Source of the DNA: an uncultured Erysipelotrichaceae bacterium | GTDB taxonomy: Bacteria > Bacillota_I > Bacilli_A > Erysipelotrichales > Erysipelotrichaceae | NCBI GenBank assembly: GCA_942493105.1 | Contig: OW818668.1 | Span: 1,290,001 to 1,322,000 of the forward strand | Length of the DNA stretch: 32,000 bases | Direction: 5' to 3' | Shown here: positions 9,869 through 17,145 of the stretch, one piece after another | Numbering within the stretch: position 1 is the first letter of the stretch | How the letters are laid out: every line of letters starts with the position of its first letter | Translations under genes and position numbers: made by a program | Notes under the pieces: model-generated | What the model was told of the DNA's origin: nothing | The model's database searches: none | Seen by the model: only the letters and a program-made list of their open reading frames with translations

Positions 9869-10005
9869 AATTGTTTCTTCCCTTATGAAGTTATACACTA
9901 AATGAGCCTATAAATCAATAAATCCAGGGATTAAATCATCTTTTCCTCAATAATTTATTCGCACTATAAAAACAATCAGAATGGCTATAGAAGAAAATAC
10001 TAGGA

Positions 10006-10959
10006 TTATAGATTAAACATTTGCTGCAGTTTTAATAAGTTTTTTGTATTTACATAAGTTAATATCAAAAGTTGGGCTTCTGAACGTTCGCCATCAGTTA
10101 AAGCGCCATACAGAGTTTTGACTGCTGCTACATCTTGTGTAATATTGTATTTTGGATCAGCAATGACTTTACTGATTGTCGACCTTATAGAGCTGACTAC
10201 TGACTTAATGCCTTGAGTTGATGCTTTAGATTCAACAGTTGCCAATTGTTTGTTAGTCGCAATAAGTAGGTCTTTGGCGACCTGTGCTGGGTCTTTGGGA
10301 GGTGTTGGATCGGTTGGTGTTCCAGGATCTACAGGTGGTTTAGGTTCTATAATAACTGGCTTTTCCCATTCCAAAAGTAATTTTGAATCCTTAAAAGAGA
10401 ATCCTAACAGTGAATCTGGAATAATTTCTTTAGATATGATGAGGACACCATCCACAAACGTAATGTTTGGGGAAGCTTTCTTTATATAATCAAATACTAT
10501 ATTTTTGGGAATCTGTATGCTGCCTACTTTAAAATCTATGGGTTCGATCAAAATAGAAGTTTCATTTTCACTTACTTTAACTAAAGATTCAAAACGCATA
10601 AGAAAACCATTCACATGCGCAAAGATTCTAACTTTTAAATCATCATCAACAATATCAATATCAATACTTTTAATGGTAGCGGGACCTACAACGGTTCCTT
10701 CTTTAACGATCAATTGAGCAATCGCATTTAAGTCAGATTCTTCCATGATCCATATCCCACCAGCTGATTGATATTTAAAATACTCAGTAACCAATGTATC
10801 AGTTTTAGAGACTTTGATGATGACTAAACTTCCAGTATTAAAAACCATAGTGGCAAAAACACCGAGCATAAGTATGAATACAATCAGTATTGAACTGATT
10901 GAAAGGATCACTTTTTTTGTTTTTGACATTTTAGTTTTAGTTGGTCGGTCTAGTGTCAT
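10006..10959 (-). CDS. hypothetical N-terminally anchored extracytoplasmic protein with Pro-rich linker and helical C-terminal domain
   Basis: Single TM (VILSISSILIVFILMLGVFATMVF), a beta-rich middle region, the linker EPKPPVDPGTPTDPTPPKDPAQ, then a helical tail of about 85 aa. No family recognised. The start could instead be the internal ATG at 10929. Confidence 0.6.
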   Translation of the reverse strand: MTLDRPTKTKMSKTKKVILSISSILIVFILMLGVFATMVFNTGSLVIIKVSKTDTLVTEYFKYQSAGGIWIMEESDLNAIAQLIVKEGTVVGPATIKSIDIDIVDDDLKVRIFAHVNGFLMRFESLVKVSENETSILIEPIDFKVGSIQIPKNIVFDYIKKASPNITFVDGVLIISKEIIPDSLLGFSFKDSKLLLEWEKPVIIEPKPPVDPGTPTDPTPPKDPAQVAKDLLIATNKQLATVESKASTQGIKSVVSSIRSTISKVIADPKYNITQDVAAVKTLYGALTDGERSEAQLLILTYVNTKNLLKLQQMFNL

Positions 10960-11119
10960 AGGTTCTCATTTCCCATCTTCGTCAAACTAGTTTGCGTGAT
11001 GATATTGCGTTAAATATTCAGTTACAGTATACATTAAGAAAGCTTTATGATTCATTTACTCTAAAAATTAGAATAGACTAATTTGCAATATGAATCAAGA
11101 ATTCATGAATAAATCTAAA

Positions 11120-12097
11120 TCATCGTTTCTCTATGTTGATCAACAAATCTATAATCTGCCTCATGTCACCTTTGTGCTCAGTAGTTTCGAAGCTTTCTAA
11201 GCGTTGTGCGATGGCAGTTTCATTAGCTTCTGCACCTATCACATGTTTCTCTAAAGCTTCGATCCATAAAGAATCCATCGCATCAGACCATAAGGAACTC
11301 TTGATGATACGTCCATCTTTGATCTCAAAGAACCATTTCAAGACTCCAAAATCAAAGGCTTCTTCAAAGATAAGGTTCTCTTTAGCAGCTTGAGGAAACA
11401 ACCACTCCTGTGAAGCATAGTGTTTCATATAAGCTTGAGCTTGATCCAAAGGAAAAGGTAAGATGCTTCCTTGAGTCTGAGTATATTTCTCCACGGCCTT
11501 AAACAAATGGGCTTTTAAACTTGGGATATCTATATCGATCAGTTCTTTAAGGTTCACGATTCGGGCTGCGACAGAATTGACATTCTTGCGTTTTAATTTC
11601 TTAGGATTCACATTCAAATATTTCGCAAGTTTTGATTTATCCACATTGACCAATAAGGTTCCATGGTGAAGATGCTTATTTGAACTATGCGCAAATGCAT
11701 TGCCTGACACTTTGGCACCTTCGATTTCGATGTCATTGCGACCATTGACCTGCGCATTGACGCCAGCCTCTCTAAGGGCCAATGCAATCATTTCCATCTG
11801 TTTTTGAATGTCGAATAAACCAGTTGGGGCAATAAAGGTAAAATTCAGATTGCCCAAATCATGATAGACAGCACCACCGCCAGAAGAACGTCTTGCCAAA
11901 GTGCCTTTATCTTGAGTTAAATGATCTAAAAACACTTCAGAAGGGGCATGCTGATTCTTACCGATGACCACAGTGTGGGCATTTTGCCACAAATAAAAGC
12001 GCAAAGTATCAGATGGACAAGTTTCTAAAAGATAAGCTTCAGCTCCTAAATTTTCATATGGGTTAAATCCCGTTGATTCATATAATTCAAGTTTCAT
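11120..12097 (-). CDS. lplA: lipoate-protein ligase A
   Basis: Full-length match to the LplA/LplJ pattern: RRSSGGGAVYHDLGNLNFTF, KVSGNAFAH...HHGTLLV, and the C-terminal accessory domain. GGGAGAA SD upstream. Confidence 0.9.
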   Translation of the reverse strand: MKLELYESTGFNPYENLGAEAYLLETCPSDTLRFYLWQNAHTVVIGKNQHAPSEVFLDHLTQDKGTLARRSSGGGAVYHDLGNLNFTFIAPTGLFDIQKQMEMIALALREAGVNAQVNGRNDIEIEGAKVSGNAFAHSSNKHLHHGTLLVNVDKSKLAKYLNVNPKKLKRKNVNSVAARIVNLKELIDIDIPSLKAHLFKAVEKYTQTQGSILPFPLDQAQAYMKHYASQEWLFPQAAKENLIFEEAFDFGVLKWFFEIKDGRIIKSSLWSDAMDSLWIEALEKHVIGAEANETAIAQRLESFETTEHKGDMRQIIDLLINIEKR

Positions 12098-12189
12098 TAA
12101 AGTTCTCCCACAGGCATTATAGAAAAGACCAAATAAATATACAACTCATTCGACATAAAACAGAATTATTAAGATGGAATATGTTTAAT

Positions 12190-12198
12190 TGATATAAT
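12190..12198 (+). promoter_or_regulatory. extended -10 promoter element (TGaTATAAT) upstream of the small membrane protein gene
   Basis: ttgatataat, with TG at 12190-12191 and TATAAT at 12193-12198, about 55 nt upstream of ATG 12254. It lies in the divergent intergenic region shared with lplA. Confidence 0.4.
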
Positions 12199-12253
12199 GT
12201 AGAGGCTCAAGATCAATCTGAAGACGTGTCTAAAATGATTGTCGAGGTGAACC

Positions 12254-12634
12254 ATGAAAGAGTTACTGTATTTGATCATCGATTTATTTACTCGTTTTAG
12301 TGGCTTTTTTAGAAGAGTCAGTCAAAAACTAAACCTAGATCTTACCGATAAACAACTTCATTTCATCGTCATCGGATTACTGTGTTTGTTTATTTTTATG
12401 ATCGTACAAATCATCTTTAAAAGACTCGCAAAATGGAAGATTTCATCCATATCTTTCATATATACAATAACAGTTGGGATCATGATTGCCTTCGCAATCG
12501 AAATCGGGCAATGGAAAACTGGGACAGGGGTCATGGAATTTGCAGATATCGTCTATGGAATCTATGGCTTCATTATTTTCTTTATCGCTTACCAAATCAT
12601 CATTGCGCTCACTAAAGTCATCAAAGACAGATGA
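12254..12634 (+). CDS. small integral membrane protein (3-4 TM), function unknown; weak VanZ-like motif resemblance
   Basis: GAGGTGA SD 5 nt upstream. Hydrophobic segments are present. IEIGQWKTGTGVMEFADIVYGIYG loosely recalls the VanZ E-x2-Q...D-x3-G pattern, but this is not secure. Confidence 0.6.
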   Translation: MKELLYLIIDLFTRFSGFFRRVSQKLNLDLTDKQLHFIVIGLLCLFIFMIVQIIFKRLAKWKISSISFIYTITVGIMIAFAIEIGQWKTGTGVMEFADIVYGIYGFIIFFIAYQIIIALTKVIKDR

Positions 12635-12680
12635 ATGACTAGACTTCAAATGCATTTGACAAGTCACCTTGCCTTAATTC

Positions 12681-12689
12681 TGTTATATT
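12681..12689 (+). promoter_or_regulatory. extended -10-like element (TGtTATATT) upstream of the glutaredoxin-like gene
   Basis: tgttatatt lies about 27 nt upstream of ATG 12716. A TTGACA at 12656-12661 is 22 nt away, too far for a canonical -35. Confidence 0.35.
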
Positions 12690-12715
12690 ATCCTCATTGA
12701 AAAGGAGATATGCCT

Positions 12716-12979
12716 ATGCCTAAATTGACCTTATTTATTTTAGAATCTTGTCCTTACTGTGTAAGGGCTAGAAAATATCTCGCAGAACTACAAAATGAAG
12801 ATCCCAAATACTTAACCGTTGAAATCGAATTGATCGATGAACGTCAGAACCGTGCTTTAGCCAATAGTTATGATTATTATTTGGTCCCAACATTCTACTT
12901 GGGAAAAACCAAACTCTTTGAAGGCATCATGAATAAAGAGGATGTCAGAAAAGTATTGGAGTCCGCATTAGCGTCATAA
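12716..12979 (+). CDS. glutaredoxin-like thioredoxin-fold protein (CPYC active site)
   Basis: LFILESCPYCVRARKYL carries the CPYC glutaredoxin motif. The protein is about 87 aa. AGGAG at 12703-12707 favours ATG 12716 over 12710. A stem-loop follows the stop. Confidence 0.7.
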   Translation: MPKLTLFILESCPYCVRARKYLAELQNEDPKYLTVEIELIDERQNRALANSYDYYLVPTFYLGKTKLFEGIMNKEDVRKVLESALAS

Positions 12980-12985
12980 TCCATA

Positions 12986-13008
12986 AACAGGCATTGCCTG
13001 TTTTAATT
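12986..13008 (+). terminator. rho-independent terminator-like stem-loop after the glutaredoxin-like gene
   Basis: aacaggc-att-gcctgtt followed by ttaattt. It overlaps the TTG start proposed by the ORF track for the next gene. Confidence 0.5.
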
Positions 13009-13041
13009 TGCCTTGATTTATTTGGTATACTTAATTTAGAT

Positions 13042-13482
13042 ATGCTCTTTAAACGTTCCTTAAAACTAGATGATGGAGAAATTCGTCTGCAATTTGCCGG
13101 TAAACATGTTGACCCTAAAAAGAATGGATGGGGGACCTCTTTTATCTATGATATCGTTGTATCTGATAAGATCGTAGGCCGTTGTGACTTAAGGATCGGA
13201 TCAGGATCGACCATTGATTATGCCGGTCATATCGGCTATTCCGTCTATTTACCTTATCGAGGTCATCATTATGCTGCCAAAGCCTGTTTATTGCTGTTTA
13301 AACAAGCCAAACACTTAGGCATGGATGAAATCCTCATTACCTGCAATACCGACAACATCGCTTCCTATAAGACTTGTGAGCTGTGTGGTTGTACCTTCAT
13401 TGGAACCAAAGCAGTTCCCATTGACCATGAACTTTATCTTCAAGGAGATCGTGAAAAAGCACTATTCATCAAGCACTTATAG
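13042..13482 (+). CDS. GNAT family N-acetyltransferase
   Basis: GHIGYSVYLPYRGHHYAAKACLLLFKQAKHLGMDEILITCNTDNIASYKTCELCG resembles the GNAT motif A/B region. The track start (TTG 12994) lies inside the upstream terminator hairpin, so ATG 13042 is used. Confidence 0.6.
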   Translation: MLFKRSLKLDDGEIRLQFAGKHVDPKKNGWGTSFIYDIVVSDKIVGRCDLRIGSGSTIDYAGHIGYSVYLPYRGHHYAAKACLLLFKQAKHLGMDEILITCNTDNIASYKTCELCGCTFIGTKAVPIDHELYLQGDREKALFIKHL

Positions 13483-13492
13483 TGCTTTTTTA
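13471..13492 (+). terminator. short stem-loop + T-run after GNAT gene
   Basis: aagcact-tat-agtgctt followed by tttt. The stem includes the stop codon, so it may be only an attenuating structure. Confidence 0.4.
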
Positions 13493-13505
13493 GTATAATA
13501 AAACT

Positions 13506-14276
13506 ATGGATGCCAACTATCACACTCACACTCATCGCTGCGGTCATGCTGTAGGCTCAGATGAACAATATGTCAGAGCTGCACTTGATACAGGATTTAA
13601 GGTCTTAGGTTTTTCTGACCATGTTCCATATGTTGGGATACATGCCCCTAAAGATCGTATGGATCATGATCAAATTGATGAATATTTATCGTCCATCAAC
13701 CATTTAAAAGAAAAATACAAAGATAAAATCAAAATTCTCTCTGGCTTTGAAGTTGAGTTCTATCCCCAACACATCAACTACTATAAATATTTGTTGACCC
13801 GTTGCGATTACTTGGTTTTAGGTCAACATAATGTCACTTTCTTAAAAGATGATCTGGATTGTTATGCCAGCGATGAAGATGTTGAAAAATTCGCAGAAGC
13901 TTTGGTTCAAGCCATGGACTCTGGACTATTTTCATACATCGCTCATCCGGATTACTTTATGATGGGCAGAAGACATTGGAATGAAACCTGTGTTGCTGCA
14001 GCACATAAAATCGCCAAGAAAGCTGCTGAACTCAAACTTCCTTTAGAACTCAATTTAAATGGCATACGACACGGCCATAAGCCGTATAAAGCTGGTTTGG
14101 CTTATGTCTATCCTTATCGTCCTTTTTGGGAAATCGTGGCTCAGTATGATACGGTGTGTGTCTATGGCTATGATGCACATCATCCTACGACCTTATTGGA
14201 AGATGATCGTATCATCACGATCAATAAGATCATTCAAGGCATTCCTTTAAACATCATCGAAAACTATCGGTTATAA
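13506..14276 (+). CDS. PHP-domain histidinol-phosphatase family (HisJ/HisK-like) phosphoesterase
   Basis: N-terminal YHTHTHRCGHAVGSDEQYV...LGFSDHVP and the later HPDYF and GYDAHHP metal-ligand motifs are typical of the PHP HisJ family. Confidence 0.8.
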   Translation: MDANYHTHTHRCGHAVGSDEQYVRAALDTGFKVLGFSDHVPYVGIHAPKDRMDHDQIDEYLSSINHLKEKYKDKIKILSGFEVEFYPQHINYYKYLLTRCDYLVLGQHNVTFLKDDLDCYASDEDVEKFAEALVQAMDSGLFSYIAHPDYFMMGRRHWNETCVAAAHKIAKKAAELKLPLELNLNGIRHGHKPYKAGLAYVYPYRPFWEIVAQYDTVCVYGYDAHHPTTLLEDDRIITINKIIQGIPLNIIENYRL

Positions 14277-14278
14277 AT

Positions 14279-15802
14279 ATGAAAGCCTTCTTTAAGAAGA
14301 TCACTTCAAAAGCCTATGTCATCAGTATGTTGGTCTTATTCCAACTCTTTTTGGTTTATTTACTAATGTATTCATTATCAAGTTTGGTTCCTCTACTGTA
14401 TTTCTTTGTGGCTGGATCAGGGATCATCTTATCGATCTTCATCATCAACACAAAAATGAATCCTTCTTATAAACTATCTTGGATCTTTTTGATTTTGACT
14501 GTACCTTTGATTGGAGTCACGACATATTTGTTGTTTGGAGGAAGAAAAGTCCCTAAAGACTTAAGAACAGGCATCAATCAACTCTCTTTAAACAAACAAC
14601 CTTTATTGCTTCAAGATAAAGAACCCATGCAATCCTTATATGAAGTATGTCCCCGTTCATTCAAGATTTCAAACTACATTTTTAAGACAACCGAATTTCC
14701 TGTCACCCATGATTCTAAAGTAACTTATTATCCAACCGGTGAAAGTAAATATAAGGCTTTGATGGAAGCTTTGAGAAGTGCCCAGCGATTTATCTTCTTA
14801 GAATATTTTATTGTGGTTGAAGGCTTTATGCTGAGTTCAATCAAGAAACTCTTGATCGAAAAAGCCAAAGCAGGCGTTGAAATCAAAATCATCTTTGATG
14901 ATTTCGGAGCTTTAAAGTTACCAAAATCTTTTAGAACAGAAATGAAAGAAGCGGGGATATCCTTGTATTTCTTTAATCCGATCAGACCTATTTTAGCCAT
15001 CTATATGAACAATCGCGATCATAGAAAAATCGCAGTCATTGATGGAAAGATCGGGTTTATCGGAGGCATCAATATTGCGGATGAATACATCAATAAAATT
15101 GAAAGATTTGGTCATTGGAAAGACACAGCCATCAAAGTAGAAGGCAATGCGGTCTTTTCACTTACCATTATGTTTCTGCAATTTTATCGCCATCTAAGTA
15201 AGGAAGACATCCATTTCTTAGATTATAAAGTTGATAATCCAGAATATCTGGATGAAGGCTTTATCCAGATGTTTTCTGATTCCCCAACAGATGAAGAATT
15301 GGTTTCTGAAAATGCCCATCTGAGTCTTATCAATGAGGCTGAACATTATCTTTATATCATGACTCCTTATTTGGTCATCAGTCATGCGATGATGACAGCT
15401 TTGACCTTATCCGCTAAAAGCGGGGTCGATGTAAGGATCTTGGTGCCGCATATTCCGGATAAATGGTATGTTCATCAGGTCACACGTTCTAACTATGAAG
15501 AACTGACCAAAGCCGGAGTGAAAATCTATGAATATAGCCCTGGTTTTGTCCATGGGAAAGTCATGCTTGTGGATGATGTCATGGCGATCGTTGGGACCAG
15601 TAATCTAGATTTTAGAAGTTATTATATGCACTTTGAATGTGGGGCTTTGATTACTTACTCAAAGTCCTTGATGGCTATGAAAAAAGATTTCTTAGATACC
15701 CTGGAAGTTTCTCAAGAAGTCACCTATGCCTCAACTTTAAATGTTAATCCATGGGTTAGAATGGGCAGAATGTTACTGAATGTTTTCAGTAGTGTCTTAT
15801 AA
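14279..15802 (+). CDS. cls: cardiolipin synthase (PLD superfamily, two HKD motifs)
   Basis: Two N-terminal TM helices. HKD-1 is DHRKIAVIDGKIGFIGGINIADEY and HKD-2 is VHGKVMLVDDVMAIVGTSNLDFRS. The start lies 2 nt after the PHP gene stop. Confidence 0.9.
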   Translation: MKAFFKKITSKAYVISMLVLFQLFLVYLLMYSLSSLVPLLYFFVAGSGIILSIFIINTKMNPSYKLSWIFLILTVPLIGVTTYLLFGGRKVPKDLRTGINQLSLNKQPLLLQDKEPMQSLYEVCPRSFKISNYIFKTTEFPVTHDSKVTYYPTGESKYKALMEALRSAQRFIFLEYFIVVEGFMLSSIKKLLIEKAKAGVEIKIIFDDFGALKLPKSFRTEMKEAGISLYFFNPIRPILAIYMNNRDHRKIAVIDGKIGFIGGINIADEYINKIERFGHWKDTAIKVEGNAVFSLTIMFLQFYRHLSKEDIHFLDYKVDNPEYLDEGFIQMFSDSPTDEELVSENAHLSLINEAEHYLYIMTPYLVISHAMMTALTLSAKSGVDVRILVPHIPDKWYVHQVTRSNYEELTKAGVKIYEYSPGFVHGKVMLVDDVMAIVGTSNLDFRSYYMHFECGALITYSKSLMAMKKDFLDTLEVSQEVTYASTLNVNPWVRMGRMLLNVFSSVL

Positions 15803-15812
15803 GGAGGACCGT

Positions 15813-16664
15813 ATGAAAAAGGCGTTGGTTTTAGAAGGCGGAGGCTTGCGTGGAGCCTATACAGCAGGTGTTTGTGCATGGCTGATTGAAAACAAGATCG
15901 AATTCGATCTTCATTGCGGCATCTCATCAGGAGCCTTGTTTGCGATCTGTACAGGACTAAAAGACATCCAGATGCTTCATGATTGCGCAACGACTTATTC
16001 CGTTTCTAAACGCAATGTAGGCTTACAGCCTTTCTTATTGGAAGGACAACCAGTAGGCTATGATTATCTGTTCAATGATGTCTTGCCTAAGAAAGTTAAC
16101 TTGATTCCTTCACGTATCCAAACCATCAAACCTCTGGTTGAATTTGGAGTGTATGATTTAAAAAATGAAGATGTCTTATGGAAAAATCAAACTGATTTAA
16201 AAGAAGATCTCAAATGGTTAAAAGCAGCTTGTGTGCTTCCCATCGCTGGACGTAATGTCAAGATCGGCAAGCAGTATTATATGGATGCGGGAGTCAGAAC
16301 GATGATCCCACTGGATCAAACCTTGACTCATGATGTCGATAAATTAATGATCATTACCACCAAACCAGATACTTTTGTACGTAAAGACAATGCGCCTTTA
16401 ACTCAATTCCTTCTGGATGTTCTTTATTTCAAACACAAAAAATTACTCAAAGAATTCAGAGATCGCAAAACAGTGTATTATCGTGAAATGGCGCAAGTCA
16501 AAGATTTGGTCACACAAGGCAAAGCCATTCATATGCGTCCTACAAAAGATTCTGGAGCCAAACGTTTCTCAGCGACCTATGAACAGGTCAATGATCTCTT
16601 TGAGATGGGAAAAGCAGACTGCGAATCCCGTAAAACAGAAATATTTGATTTTTTCAAAGCTTAA
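15813..16664 (+). CDS. patatin-like phospholipase
   Basis: LEGGGLRGAYTAG (oxyanion GGxR), GISSGA (G-x-S-x-G nucleophile) and MDAGV (catalytic Asp). AGGAGG SD directly after the cls stop, so the track start at 15780 is rejected. Confidence 0.85.
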   Translation: MKKALVLEGGGLRGAYTAGVCAWLIENKIEFDLHCGISSGALFAICTGLKDIQMLHDCATTYSVSKRNVGLQPFLLEGQPVGYDYLFNDVLPKKVNLIPSRIQTIKPLVEFGVYDLKNEDVLWKNQTDLKEDLKWLKAACVLPIAGRNVKIGKQYYMDAGVRTMIPLDQTLTHDVDKLMIITTKPDTFVRKDNAPLTQFLLDVLYFKHKKLLKEFRDRKTVYYREMAQVKDLVTQGKAIHMRPTKDSGAKRFSATYEQVNDLFEMGKADCESRKTEIFDFFKA

Positions 16665-16670
16665 TTCTTA

Positions 16671-16696
16671 AAGAAAATCGGTTGATTTTCTTTTTA
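16671..16696 (+). terminator. rho-independent terminator after the patatin-like gene
   Basis: aagaaaatc-ggtt-gattttctt followed by ttt(a)t. Confidence 0.6.
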
Positions 16697-16726
16697 TAAA
16701 TTCTTCAACAAAAGCAGGACAAATTT

Positions 16727-17128
16727 ATGACAATAACCCCCATTAACGCATTCTTTGAAAAATCGCCTTTCGCCAAACCTTTGTTTGATACTTTGGTCAT
16801 CGAAGTTTTACAACGTTTTCCTGATACGAGCATTAAAGTTCAGAAATCACAAATCGCTTTGGTTTCGAAAAAACCGTATGCGGCGATTTGGCTACCCATC
16901 ATTGAACTGAAAGATCGTCCTCCTGTTTATTTGATCGTCTCTTTTGGCTTGGATCATGAGCTTAAAGATCCTCGTATCGTAGAAGTCAATCAGCCTTATC
17001 CACAACGTTACATGCATCATGTGTTGATCAGTCATCCTAAAGACATCGATGAAACATTATTGAATTGGCTCACGCTCGCTCATGATTTTTCAATGAGAAA
17101 AGCTAAGAATACGCATGAACTTGATTAA
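16727..17128 (+). CDS. conserved hypothetical protein (resembles DUF5655-type domain; assignment tentative)
   Basis: 133 aa and soluble. The pattern F.....A.plfd.l...v...p....kvqk.qia......yaaiW...........l.vsf.l......pri.ev recalls DUF5655-like small proteins. It lies 17 nt upstream of the nuclease-like gene. Confidence 0.5.
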   Translation: MTITPINAFFEKSPFAKPLFDTLVIEVLQRFPDTSIKVQKSQIALVSKKPYAAIWLPIIELKDRPPVYLIVSFGLDHELKDPRIVEVNQPYPQRYMHHVLISHPKDIDETLLNWLTLAHDFSMRKAKNTHELD

Positions 17129-17145
17129 AGCGAAAGACAAGTATC

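Noticed and set aside
8790-11393. Several 60-110 aa antisense ORFs (8790-8981, 9117-9446, 10250-10489, 10505-10717, 11133-11393) opposite the LCP, anchored-protein and lplA genes
   Set aside because: All lie antisense within longer, homology-supported genes and lack SDs, so they are treated as shadow ORFs. The same applies to 2867-3085, 4667-4861, 12433-12667, 14059-14250, 14728-15000, 15724-15990, 16417-16671, 17299-17502, the six small ORFs inside the protease gene, 29399-29629 and 31298-31483.
12994-13041. TTG start at 12994 for the GNAT gene, as given in the ORF track
   Set aside because: The first 16 codons overlap the terminator-like hairpin of the upstream gene and encode a non-GNAT hydrophobic peptide. 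ATG 13042 is the more credible start.
13506-14276. Assigning the PHP protein as the genuine hisJ/hisK of histidine biosynthesis
   Set aside because: The family membership is clear, but the gene is not in a his context and is translationally abutted to cls. Substrate assignment is left open.
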